Positions 43,425 through 56,696 of a stretch of DNA of 64,000 nt are shown in pieces. Under the pieces are notes generated by a model. That model had not been told where the DNA came from. It did no database searches and saw only the letters and a program-made list of their open reading frames with translations. Made by a program: the position numbers and the translations under genes. Each line of letters opens with the position of its first letter. The first letter of the stretch is position 1. The DNA comes from Dictyostelium discoideum (taxonomy: Eukaryota): NCBI GenBank assembly GCA_000004695.1, contig CM000153.2, positions 5,216,001 to 5,280,000 on the forward strand. Direction: 5' to 3'.

Positions 43425-44424
43425 ATTATTATTATTGTTGTTGTTGTTTTGGTTGTTGTTGTTATTGTTGTTTTGGTTATTGTTATTGTTGTTTTGGTTA
43501 TTGTTATTGTGGTTGTTGTTTTGGTTGTAATTGTTTTGGTTATTGCTTTGATTGTGGATTTGGTTGTTTTGATTATTAAATTGATTGTTATGGTTGTTGT
43601 TATAATTCTGATTGTTGTTGTTGTTGTTGTTGTTGTTGTTTTGGTTATGATTGTAGTTATTATTCATGTTATTTGGATTATTACTATTATTATAATTATT
43701 ATTTGGGTTATAGTTGTTGCCGTAGTTGTTTGGGTTGTAGTTGTTATTTTGATTATTGTTGTAGTTGTTGTTTTGATTATTGTTGTGGTTATTGTTTTGG
43801 TTGTTGTGGTTGTTTTGGTTGTTGTGGTTGTTATTATTATTGTGGTTGTTATTATTATTATTGTGGTTGTTATTATTATTATTGTGGTTATTATTATTGT
43901 GGTTATTATTATTGTGGTTGTTGTTATGGTTGTTTTTATTTTGATTGTTACTGTGGTTGTTTTGGTTGTGGTTATTGTTTTGGTTGAATTTATTGTTGTG
44001 GTGATTTTGATTATTGTTATTGCCGCTGTTTTGATTATTATTATTTTGGTAGTTGTTATTTTGGTTGTTATTGTTTTGGTGGTTGTTGTTATTTTGTTGG
44101 TTGTGATTGTTTTGGATGTTATTTTGGTTGGTATTTTGGATGTTATTTTGGTTGTTATTTTGGTTGTTATTGTGGTTGTTATTGTGGTTGTTATTATGGT
44201 TGTTGTTTTGGTTGTTGTTTTGGTTGTTGTTATTTTGGTTGTTGTTATTATATATATTTTCTTTTGATTTTCTCTTTAATCTATTATGGCCATTTGCATT
44301 AACATTGCTATTACCACTACGAACATTATTGTTGTTATTATTATTATTGCTATTGTCTATATTGTTATTACTATTATTGCTATTATTATTATTATTATTA
44401 ATATTACTATTACTACTATTGTTG

Positions 44425-44473
<49 letters not shown>

Positions 44474-45057
44474 GATTATTATTAAAATCATTTGGTGAAT
44501 TTATATTACTACTATTATTATTATTGTTGGTAGAATTGTTATTATTATTACTATTATTACTGTTATTATTGTTATTACTATTATTATTATTAATATTATT
44601 ATTATTATTATTTGGGGTATTAGATGAACCATAAGTTGTACTAGCTATGAATATAGTATCTTCATTGAAAGAGGTATTATTTTGGCTATTTGGTGAATCT
44701 TTGGAGAAATTGTTATTTATAGAGTTAATAATGTTAAGATTTTGAGATTGAAGTTGTGATGCGGATGGAATGATTGACTTGGTATTTATGATTGGGTATG
44801 ATCCTTGATCATGGTTTGATGATGATGAAGATGAAAATGGTTGACGATATACAGAGGCGGTTGGAATTGATGAAATTGGGATTGGTGAAGCTGATGGTGA
44901 TCCCGGCAATAGATGTGGCGTTAAAATATTAATTTGTGTCATATTATTTGCTACTCTATTTGGTGAGCTTCTAAGATTTGGTGAGGTTTGATTTGGTGTT
45001 GTATTCATTGAATTTGGTTGTGACAATTGTGGTGATGGTAATTGTTGTGATGTATTA

Positions 45058-45125
<68 letters not shown>

Positions 45126-45169
45126 ATTATTATTATTATTATTATTTGAATTATTATTATTATTATTAC

Positions 45170-45221
<52 letters not shown>

Positions 45222-45281
45222 ATAGCCAGTGTTATTATCACCCATGCTATGAGAATTTTGGTTTGGAATTTTTTCAAACAT
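42336..45281 (-). CDS. GATA-type zinc-finger transcription factor, Asn/Gln-rich (about 953 aa)
   Basis: join(42336..42621, 42706..45281) on the minus strand. An 84-bp intron has GTATGT at 42705 and ttccatag at 42622 (phase 2). The C-terminal exon encodes the basic stretch [14 protein letters not shown] and one GATA finger, [32 protein letters not shown]. The upstream exon is extremely N/Q/H-rich. The many plus-strand ORFs in 43449-44498 are alternative frames of its AAT/CAA repeats. Confidence 0.75.
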
Positions 45282-45685
45282 TATGAAAAATATTCACAAA
45301 TAAATTAAAAAAAGTATTGGTTTTGGTTTATTTGAAGTTTACAGGGTGGGAAAAATTTTGAAAAATGGTTTTGGGGAAAAAAAAAGGGGGGAGGTGGAAG
45401 ATGTTTCGTTTAAAAAAATAAATAAAAAAAAAATGAAATTTTTTTTAAATAATATCGAAACGATCTCCTAAGAATTAAAAAAAAAAAACAATTAAATTGT
45501 TTATGTTCTTATAAATAAATAAAATTTTAGGTTGAAAAAAAAAAAAATTTTGATGATTTCTAAAATTATTATAACTATTATTATTACTGTACTATTGATG
45601 TGATTAAATTATTATTATTATTATTATTATTATTATTTTTTTTTTATATTATATCAATTATTAAATATTATTAAATATTATTAAA

Positions 45686-45688
<3 letters not shown>

Positions 45689-45770
<82 letters not shown>
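45689..45770. repeat. (ATT)n microsatellite
   Basis: Perfect att run. A second, shorter run lies at 45609-45645. Confidence 0.85.
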
Positions 45771-45773
<3 letters not shown>

Positions 45774-45949
45774 GTGTATTATAAATTATTAATGTCGCAA
45801 AAAAAGAAGTATTTGGTAAAATCTGTTTGGAAAAAAAAAAAGAAGAAAAAAAGATAATATTAGTTTTTGTATATAGATTTATTTGGAACATAAAAAAAAA
45901 ATTTATTAAATAGAATATTTAAGAAAAAAAAAAAAAAATAAATTAATTA

Positions 45950-45981
<32 letters not shown>

Positions 45982-47164
45982 AAAAAAAATTGGATTGATT
46001 AATGAAAATTAATCAAAAATTGGTATAAATGGTTTGAAATCTGGTGGGTATGAATTAGATCAAACGCACCAGAATGTGAGGACTATTCTTTTGAAAACAC
46101 GAATTTTGGGTGTGAGAGAAAAAAAAAAAAAAAAAAAAAAAAAAAGAAAAAATTTGACGACATAAAATCGTGCAAACAAAATAAATATGAGTGAAAAAAG
46201 TTTTTTCTTTTTTTTTTTTAAAAAAAAAATAAAAATTGATTGGTTATCTATCCAAAATGTGGGTCATAATTTTTTAAACAGGTTGCCTACTTTTTTTTTT
46301 AAAATTTTTTTTTTTAAAATTTTATTTTATATATCGAGATATGAAAAAAGGTGAAATATAAAATCTATTGTATGTGTTGTGTGTGTATGTGTGATATATA
46401 TTTGTAGGTTGGGAAAAGAAAAATAAAATAAAAAAATAAAGTAAAAAAAACAATAAATCAGAAAACTAAGTTCTAACTGGTAAAAAAAAAAAATAAAAAA
46501 TAAAAAATAAAATAAAATAAAAAAAAAAAAACAAAATAAAAAAAAAGAAATTCTTTTCTCTACTAACTACTTTTTTTTGAAAAAAAATATTTTAAAAAAA
46601 AAATATTTTTAAATTAATTAAATTTTAAAAGTATGGATCTTGATATTGGAAAAAAAAAATTTTTTTTTCAACCAATTCAAAAATAAGCGAGCAACGACAA
46701 TTTTTTTTTTTTTTTTTTTTTTTTTTGGCAGATCTAGCAATTGAAAAATAAAAATAAAAATAAAATAAAATAAAATATTTTTCAAAATTATTATCATTAT
46801 TTGAATTACTTTTTTTTTTTTTTGGATTTCCAAAACACTATTATTATTAAAATATGAATTCTATTATTTTGTTTTTGTTATTATTTTTATCGGGATTTTT
46901 TTATTTTTTTATACAAAAAAAATATTTAAATGAATAAAAAAAATAAAAAAAAAAATTAATTATGGAGGACAATGAAGAAAAAAAAATAAAAAAATAATGA
47001 AAAGAAAAAAAAAAAATATTATAACGAGGCCATTGCAATTAGGGCGAGAGAAAAAAAAAAAAAAGAAAAAAAAAAAAAAAAATTTTAAAAAAAACTATCG
47101 ACTTTCAAAATATCAACAAACCCATGTGATGAATAGTTTTAATGGGTTCTATCGTGTTTTTTTT

Positions 47165-47196
<32 letters not shown>

Positions 47197-48231
47197 CTTT
47201 TTTTTTTTTTTCTTTTTTTTTTATTATTTTTTTTTTTTCAATAGTGTATTGTGATTTTGTAAAATAATGTGCTTTGTCAAAAAAATTAAAAGGGTTGGGC
47301 AATAAAAAAAAAATTTTTTCAACAAATATCTGGATGCAATGATCCCAATAATTAGTAAAAAAAAAAAAAAATAAAAAATTCTAACCCTGTGCTGGGTGAA
47401 TAAAAAAAAAAAAATAATTAAAAAAAGAAAAAAAAAATTTTGGTGCGTTTGCAAAAAAAAAAAAAATATCTAGCAATAAAAAAAAAAGATTTAAAATAAA
47501 AAATTGATTTATGGATATTATTATTTTTTTTTATTTTTTTTTTTTTTTTTGACCTCCTTACATCTTTTTTTTATTGAAAAAAAATAAAAATAAAAATAAA
47601 TAAAAAGATTTGGAATAAAAAAAAAAAAAAAAAAAAAAGATTTAATGGAAGATATTGTGGACCAAAACCAAACAAAACAAAAAAAAGAATTTATAAATTT
47701 ACTTACCAAATATTTCTTGAAAAATTTGTGGAACTTTTTGAAAAAAAAAAAAAAAAAAACAATATATCTAATTCTATTGTTTTTAATTTATATGGTCCCT
47801 TATTCAGAATTGTGAAAACTATTTTCTTTTGATTTAAAAAAAAAAGTCTTTGAAAAAACAAATCTGTATTGAATTGTACAATTTTAAAAAATTTGATGTT
47901 GCTAAAACTATTATTATTACTATTATTGCTCGGTTATATTATTTTCTTTTGTGTTGATTATTATTTTTATTTATTTTTATTAAAATTTTTTTTTTATTAC
48001 CAATTATTATCTGGTTATTAAGATTTTTGATTAAAAAAAAGAAAAAAAAAATTGAGTTGGGAATGAAAAAATAAAAGTTGAGATTTAAAAATTATATATA
48101 AAATATGAGGGGGGTTCTCTATTTTTTTTTTTGTGATTTTTTTTTTTTTTGAAAAGATTTGAAAAAACGAAAAAAAAAAAAAATTTATTCTTAATTAATA
48201 ATTTGAATTTAATTTTATTATTTTATTATTA

Positions 48232-48287
<56 letters not shown>

Positions 48288-48739
48288 TTTTTTTTTTTTT
48301 TTTATGTAAGGCTATGATATATAAAATAAAAATATATATATATAAAAAAAAAAAAAAAAAAAAAAAAAACCCAAAAAAAGAGATGAAAAAAAAGAATTTT
48401 TTGTTTGGGGGCGCATAAAAAGGAGGGGGGGAACAAAAATGGGAAATTTGTTTTTTTATAAAAAATAAAAAAGATGCCAAAAAAAATAATTAAGAAAAAT
48501 TAAAAAAAATTAAAAAAAAAAAATTAAAAAAAAATTAAAAAAAAAAAAAAAAGGAAAAAAGTCTTTTTTTAAACGAATCCGGTTTTATAAAGCTTTAAAA
48601 AACCAAAAATGATTTTTGGGAATTAGGGGCTTTTGGGAGGGGAAAAAAAGGGGGTTAATTTTTTTGGTTGAAAGGCTTAAGGGTGGGGGTTTTGTTGTTT
48701 TTAAAGGGTTTGGGGAAATATAATGGGAAAAAAGGAGGG

Positions 48740-48783
<44 letters not shown>

Positions 48784-49159
48784 GAAGGGAAATAAAGTAG
48801 ATGGAATAAAAAAAAAATTAAAAAAAAAAAAAAAAATTAATGTTTACTTTTTTTTTTTTTCTTTTTTTTTTTTTCTTTTTTTTTTTATTTTTTTTTTTTT
48901 TCTGTATGTTTGGAGCGATGAACAAAAAAAAAAGTACGAACGACTGAGACAAGATAATTTTTTTTTTTAAAAAAAAAAAAAAAAAATTCAATTGATTTTA
49001 TTATAACAAACGATGATTTTTTATATTTTATTTTTTTTTAATTTTTTTTTTTTTTTTTTTAAAATATTTCGTTTACATACAGAGATATTGTCAAAGTTGA
49101 ATAATGAAAAAATAAAAAATAAAATTAAAAAAAAAAAATAAAAAATAAATCTTAATTCG

Positions 49160-49201
<42 letters not shown>

Positions 49202-50192
49202 CATTATTTTTTTTTTCATTTTTTTTTTTTTTTATTTTTTGCCATGTTATTTCTAATAAACATCAAAGCACATAAAAAAAAAAAAAAAATATGGCATGTA
49301 TATGCTCATAGTCGATCCATATTGAAAAGTCATTTTTTTTTTTGATGGTATTTTTAGTGTTCGTTTTTAAGTTTTTAAAATTTTTTTTTCATTTTTTTTA
49401 TTTTTTTTTTTATTTTTTTTCATTTTTTTATATTTTTTTTTTAATTTTTTTTCAATTTTTTTCAATTTTTTTTAGCGTTTTTGTGCCATTTATTTTTTTT
49501 GGAAAATCTGTGGTTAAATCAGTGATAAATATCAGTCCATAGTTCTAAATTTAGGTTAGTAATCTAATAAACTAATAATATTGTTTCTCTTGATTTTTGT
49601 AAATAAATTAATATTTTCACACCAAACACACAGACTTACATTCAAACCTTTTTTTTTTTTTTTTTTTTACTTTTCTCTTTATTTTTTAATGGGCCAATAA
49701 AAAAAAAAAATTTAATTTAAAAAAAAAAATTTAAAAAAAAAATAAAAAAAATTATACCAAGATTATCATAATAAAAAATCATAAACCACCAATTTTAATA
49801 AAAAACAGTTCAAAAATTATATATTTTTTTTTTTTTGGAAGGTCATTGGTTTTTTAATTTTTTTTCTTAGTTTCCTAGGTTATTTAAATCAAAAAAGAAC
49901 GATTAAAAAAAAAAAAAAATAAAAAATAAAAAAAAAAAAAGAAGAAAACGAAACTGTGATTTTTTTTTTTTTTTTTTTTTATAAAAAATTTTTTTTTTAT
50001 ATTTTTTTTGAAAAACTTTTGTATAAGATATTTTTGATTGGTTGAAAACAATTAAAATCTTTATTCGCAAAAAAAAAATTCAAAAAATTCAAAAAAAAAA
50101 AAAAAATTCGAAAAAAAAAAAAAAGGAAACCAGAATCACGATAATCAAAAATAAAAATCACCCATTTTCAAATAAAAGCAAAATATTAATGT

Positions 50193-51157
50193 ATGAAATC
50201 TTTTATTTTTCGTCAAAACCCAAGAAAACAACAACAAGAGCAAAATAATTTAGTTGACTACAGTGATAGTGATGATGATGAAGAATGCAATGACGACATC
50301 TTCGTTAATAATGAAATTATTATAAATGTGTCTGAAAAAAGTAGTAAAGACTATGGGCTGTTTATTTGGGATGGTAGTTTAGTATTATCTTGGTATTTAT
50401 TCACTCTTACAAAAAATAACCCTCAATTTTGGAATGGAAAAAATGTTTTAGAACTAAACGCTGGTGTTGCCTTACCATCAATTCTATTATCAAAATTAGG
50501 TGTAAATAAAATTATCATTACAGATCGTATTGATGGATTTATTGAAATCCAAAATAACATTATTGATAATTTAAATTTAAATGGTTTCAATATTAATAAT
50601 AATAATAATATTAATGACAATAAAATTTTCATTGAACCTCTATCCTGGGGGAATTTTGAAAAATTTTCAAACCAATTAACCTCTTCATCTATTGATTATT
50701 TAATAACATCAGATTGTTTTTATGATAATACCAAAAGTATGTATTTATATTTATTTATATTTTAATTTTTTTTTTTTTTTTTGGGATAAAACTAATTTTT
50801 TTTTTTTTTTTTTTTTTTTTGTTGATTTTAAATCAGATTATGACGATATTTTTGCAACATGGTATTATTTTTTGTTAAAAAACGATAAATTAGTAATTTT
50901 ATTAACCTACCAAGTCAGATGGTAAGAAGAAAAAAAAAAAACCTTTTTTTTTTTTTAATTCTAAAAATAGATTCTAATATTTTATTTTTTATTTTTTTTT
51001 TTTATTTATTTTTATTTATAGCAATGAAAAGACAATTTTTAATTATTTAAAAAAGTGGAAGTTAAAATCAGAAATTTTATCAATTAAAGATATATCAATA
51101 CCAAATTATAATATTGATTCTGAAATAATCTTAATTAAAATTACAAAAAATCAATAA
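50193..51157 (+). CDS. class I SAM-dependent methyltransferase, METTL21/Nnt1-like putative protein-lysine methyltransferase (about 254 aa)
   Basis: join(50193..50736, 50837..50921, 51022..51157), using ORF-track numbering near 50700. The donors are GTATGT and GTAAGA. The acceptors are aaatcag and tttatag. Motif I is VLELNAGVALPSILLSKLGVNKIIITD. The upstream WDGSLVLSWYL motif is typical of the family. Confidence 0.6.
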
Positions 51158-51329
51158 AAATAAACCAATAAAAAAAATAAAAAAAAATGATCACTTTTTT
51201 TTTTTTATTTGAAAACTAATCAACCATAATTTTTTTTTTTTTTTCAAACCAATTTTTTTTTTTTATTATTTTTTTTTTTATTTTCAAATAAAAAAAAAAT
51301 AAAAAAATTTAATATTTATATAAATAACA

Positions 51330-51608
51330 ATGGTACTTTGTCCATCTTGTCAAAAGCCTGTTTACTTTGCAGAACGTCAATTGTACCAAGGCAAGGTTCG
51401 TAATTACTGTAGTTGAAAATTCAAGTGAAGGGGAAGTTGATAAATTACTGATTCATCATACTATTATCACAGGATTATCATCAAATTTGTTATAACATTT
51501 TAATTAAACAAGAAAATGCATCAAGACCAAAAACATTTGCGTAAATATATTTAATTTATAATTATAAAAATAAAATCATTATAATTTCAATATGTCCGTG
51601 TGTTAATA

Positions 51609-51641
<33 letters not shown>

Positions 51642-51889
51642 ATTTCAGAATTCATGAACAAATATTTTGTAATGTAGAGGAAAATAGTAAACATAAATAT
51701 CCATTGGCACCAGTTGATGGTTATTATGCAGGAATACAAGTATCACCACCATCACAACCATCACAACCATCAAATACCACTCAAACTTCTGTCCAATCAA
51801 AACCAAAAAATAACTTGTGTAAAAAATGTTCAGGTGAAACAAAACCAACTGATAAATTTTGTACAGGTTGTGGTAATAAACTATAGTTT
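51330..51889 (+). CDS. small Cys-rich zinc-binding protein, CRIP/LIM-like N-terminus plus a C-terminal CxxC-x10-CxxC ribbon; exon structure unresolved
   Basis: ATG at 51330. The N-terminus MVLCPSCQKPVYFAERQLYQGK carries the CRIP-family signature. The last exon (acceptor tttcag at 51648 to TAG at 51889) encodes ...IHEQIFCNVEENSKHKYPLAPVDGYYAGIQVSPPSQPSQPS...NLCKKCSGETKPTDKFCTGCGNKL. No combination of canonical GT/AG introns joins the first exon to the last without a stop codon or without losing the LIM His/Cys spacing. Confidence 0.35.
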
Positions 51890-52401
51890 AAAAAAAATAG
51901 AAAATAAAAATAAGTTTAACATTATTCTATCATTTTTTTATCATGATAAAAACCAAAATAGAGATTATTATTATTTTTTTTTTTTTTTTCCCAAAAACTT
52001 TAAACCAAAATATAAAAAAGAATTTGTATTATTTTTAGAAATAAATCTAATTAGATTTTTTATTATTATTATTTTTAGTAATAGTATTAAATACATTTTA
52101 TTATTATTATTATTATTACTAAGAATAGAATTTTTTTATTATTTTTTAAAAAATAATTCTTATTTTGGAATTGTTTGTTTAAAAAAAAAAAAAATTTTAC
52201 CCGCCCAAAAATTCAATTTTTAAGCATTTTTATTTTTTTTTTTTTTTTTTTTTTACTTTTTATTTTACTTTTTTTTTTTTTTTTTTTCACAATTTTCGAC
52301 ACAACAAATATTTGTTTGTGTTTAAATATACAAATAATTAATAATTAATAAATATAAATATAAATAATTAATAAAAAAAAAAAAAAAAAAAATTAAAAAA
52401 A

Positions 52402-55400
52402 ATGATGGATGATGACTCAGGGTTAATAGAGATTTTAGGGGCATTAGGTTCATATAGATATATAAATGACGAAAATGAAGAAGTCCTAAACTATAATATA
52501 AATAATATAAATAAAAATATAAACTCTGTTGGTATTGATGGAAAGAAATTAAAAAAGAAAGCAATAGAGAATGAAGATAATATTAGTAAAATATTCGAAT
52601 GTGGTGAAGATTGTTTAGAAGCAGCAAGAGCTCTATATCGTATGTTAAATGAAGATGATGATATCGATAGATCTGTATTTCATTTTTTAGGAAAAAATAA
52701 TATAGCAAGATCTAAATTAGTACCAATCTTAATAGCTTATCCTGATAATACAAATTTAGTTATAACAATTTGTAAGTATATTCTTTTTTTTTTTAAAAAA
52801 AAAAATAAAAAAAATAAAATAAAATAAAAAAAGAAAAAACTTTACTAATTTATTTTTATTTTAATTTTTAAAAAAAAAAAAAAAAGTAAAAATTTTTGTA
52901 AAATTAACATTACAATTACCATATCATATTGAATCATATGATATTCCAAAACAAACATTATATACATTAAATATGAAAGAATCATTTTTAAATAGAGAAT
53001 TGATAAAAACTTTATTGGATATTTTAAAGGAACCAATGATTAATTTAGGTTTTTCAAATGGTAAAAGTCAAGATTATATTATTATTGAATTGGTTTTAAC
53101 TTTAATTAAAAATATGTTACAAATTCAAGATCCAATATCTTCTCAAACTTCAATAGAATCTGAATATCGTTGTCACATGCATAGTAATTTAATTGAATTA
53201 TTAGAAGAGTAAATTATTATTATTATTTTTAATAATTTTTTTTTTGTTTTTTTTTTTATAAAATTATTTTAACTCTATTTTTTTTTTTTTTTTTTTTTCT
53301 CTTTTAGGGAGAATATTTTAGAATTATTTTTAGTATTAGCACAAAATATTCATACAAATAAAGTTTATAAACAAATTTCAATTTATTCATTATTATTATT
53401 AGAAATTTTTACATTATTATTAAAAAATGAAAATCCAAATGAAATTTGGTCATCTCAAGAAAAGAATGAAGAAAACAATGATAATGGTGATGATGATGAT
53501 AATAATAATGATAAAAAAAAAAAAAAAATTTTAAGTGAAAAAGATAAATCATTAATTAATTTATTAAAAAAAGAGAAAAGATTATCAACAAAATTAGTTA
53601 GTAATGGTAATAGAAGTAGATTTATTGGCACCTATACAAGTTATTCAGAGATTGAAGGTAAGAAGATTATAAATAAAACTTTACCAGATATGGCCACAGT
53701 AAATTCAGTTAGACCAACAAGTTTAGGTAATTTCTCTGCTTCATTATTGGCAAGTAGAACTAAAGTAATTGGTGAAAGGAAGAAAACTGCATCCTCTTTA
53801 AAGGTTAGATTAATCTTAAAGAGTTGGGCTGAACAATTTTTAGATGGTTGTTATAATACATTGATGAATACTGTTGTGGATGAATTTGCAAAAGAGAATG
53901 CCCAAATATTGGATTCTGATAGACTTAACTTTTTAATGTTAACAAAATTCTTTACTGGTTTCTCTTTAGCACTTTTAAGATATCATAGTGAAAAAGTTGA
54001 ACAATTAAAAAAGAAGAAGCAATTGGAAAAGGAATTAGATGATATGGTAGTCGATAAGAATTTAGAGCCACAATCTGACGATGAAGGTGATGAAGATATT
54101 GATGCTTTCACTCATGACAATATCATTGGTTCATTATCATCAACATTGTCACCATCAAACTTTCAATTCATTTTCTCAAGTTGTAGTAATTATCAAATGA
54201 TAAAGAAACATCTATCATTAGAGGTGGCAGTATCAACATTAAGAGAAATGATATCACTTTTAAATTATATGTCAGTGTCACCCATTGAACAGTATAAACA
54301 AATCTCATTGGAAATGCAATCAACAATCTACTATGACCGTGATGCATTCTTAAAGTTGATTATTAATTTAATGCGTATTTATGATCCAAATCATTATAGT
54401 AAATCGATGATGCTCGATTTAATCGATTTATCATTTACGACGGTTATTATGGTTGAAAATTTTTGTAAACAAAATAATGCAATCGAAATTAAATCAAAAA
54501 GACAAAGATCCTCAAAGTCTTTGAATTCCATTGATGATAATACTGAAGCAATCAATCAACCAACAGAAAATCAAGATGGTACAATAACTGACGATGGTTT
54601 TCCAGATGAAGAAGAGAAAGAGGATGAATATGATAGTCAAATTCGTAATAGTATGGATTTCACTTCTTTTATGGCAGAATTTGCTCATTCTGAGGTGATA
54701 AAGAATTTAGCATTGGTTTTGGGTGGTTATCATGGAAATACAACTTTAATTAATCATCAAATCATTCAACTATATAAAAGAATTGCAAATGATTTAGAAT
54801 TGGAACCAATGTTTTATCAAATATCTCTATTCTATCTCTTTAAGAATCTCTTAAATGATCCATTAATTTCAAGTTCAAAAAGTGGTGATTCAAAAGATCT
54901 TTTAGAATTTATTAATCAAATACTTTCAAAATATTATAAAGCAGTTGAATCAAATCCTTCTTTCTTAATTGACATTTTAATTCCAAAATCTAGAACTGAT
55001 TGTTTCTATTTAAAGACAAATGATGAAGATGGTGATATATCACAACAACAACAACAACAACAACAAGAACAACAAGAATTTGATGAAAATGGAATTCCAA
55101 TATTAAAAATTTCAAAAAATACTGGTAGATTGAAAAAGAAATCAAATGGTGATAGTGATGAAGGTGAAGTATTTTTAGAGAGCGATGATGATAAAGATGA
55201 ATATATTCTTCAAAATATTGTCTCTAAAATGGAGGATACTTTAAAGAGACCAGAATTAATTGAAAAGATTAAATTATTAAATAAGAGAAAAGTTGGACCA
55301 AAGATTATAGGTTGGTTACAACAACATCTATTGAATGCCATTGTAATTAGAACCAAAGAAAAGAATAATCCAAGCTTTACACTCTATCCATTGCTTTATG

Positions 55401-56596
55401 AAGGCGAGTGTGATGGTGAAAACTTTAACAATTTGGCCAATGTTAGACAAATCTTTTCATTATTAAAATTTGGACTTCCAACATCTAGAAATGGTTTCTA
55501 CACAATCTCTTCATTAAAAAACTATTCAACCAATTATTTAACTGCAATCTATGAAACCATTAAAGAGGCTTTAGAACAACAAACATTAGAAATTCAACAA
55601 AAAGAATTAAAAAAACAACAAAGAAAATTACAACCAAAACAACCAAGATCCAAAATATCTTCAAAAGGAAAAAAAACTATAGTCGCTAAATTTGATAAAA
55701 ATGGTAAAAGAAATCCACTTTATCAATCATCTGATGAAGAAGAATCAAATAATGAATCTAAATCAAAATCATCATCTGAAAGTGAAAGTAGTAGTAGTGA
55801 AAGTGAAGTTGAAAGTGAAGTTGAAAGTGAAGTTGAAAGTGATAATGAAAAAGAAGAAGATAAAGTAAATAAAGAGAAAAAACATTCAACAAATAACTAT
55901 AAAAAAGAAGAAACTGATAATGAAGAGAAAGAAGAAGAAAAAGAAGAAGAAGAGGACAGAGATAAAGGTGAAGAGGATAAAGAAGAAAGTGACGATGAAG
56001 AAATTGAAAATTTAAAAGAAAAAATTCAATTAAAGGAAAAAGAGAAAAGAGATAGAAAGAAAGAGAAAAAAGAAAAAAGAAAAAATAAAAAGAGAGAAGA
56101 GAAAGAAAAGAAAAGAAATAGAAAAGAAAAAGAAAAAGAACATGAAGAGGAAGAAGAGGAGGAAGAAGATGAAGAAAAAGATGAAGAGGAAGAAGAAAAA
56201 GAAGAAATGTTTAGTGAAAATGTTTTTGTTAACATTGAACCAATTGAAAAATCAGTAGAATCAAAGAAGAAATTAAAAAAAATTCTTAAAAAAAGCAATC
56301 AAGATAGTGATGAAGATAGTGATACCATCCAATCAAGTAAAGTTAAAACAATTTTAGACAGTGATAGTGATGAGGAATCAAACAGAGAGGATAGTTTTAA
56401 AAATAATAAAAAAGATCAAGACGACAATGATAAAGATATCACACCAAACAAAAGAAACAAGGTTTTAAAAAGAAAAAATATAAGTTTAAGTGATGATGAC
56501 GAAGAAGACAAAGAAGAAAGTGACAACGATAAAGATATTGGTAGCGATGAAGATCAAAAAACTGATAAGGTATCAAAAAAACATAAATCAAATTAA
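52402..56596 (+). CDS. Timeless/Tof1/Swi1-family replication fork protection protein homologue (about 1326 aa)
   Basis: join(52402..52771, 52887..53208, 53308..56596). Intron 1 is GTAAGT at 52772 to ag at 52886 (phase 1). Intron 2 is GTAAAT at 53209 to cttttag at 53307 (phase 2). N-terminal Timeless-domain motifs are present: ECGEDCLEAARALYRMLNEDDD, LVPILIAY, FVKLTLQLP, IIIELVLTLIKNMLQIQDP. The middle region aligns to human TIMELESS (RLILKSWAEQFLDGCYNTLM...). It has a long KE/SD-rich acidic-basic C-terminus. Confidence 0.75.
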
Positions 56597-56696
56597 ATAA
56601 ATAAAATAATAAAAAAAAAAAAAACATTATTTGTACAATTAATTATTCATTATATATTATTTTTATTTTTGTATAAAATACATTATTTATTTTTAA

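Noticed and set aside
43449-44498. Plus-strand ORFs 43449..44267, 43673..43987, 44107..44475 and 44286..44498 (poly-V/I/L/C/Y proteins)
   Set aside because: They are alternative or antisense frames of the AAT/CAA/CAC codon repeats in the N/Q/H-rich exon of the minus-strand GATA factor. Their composition is pure repeat translation.
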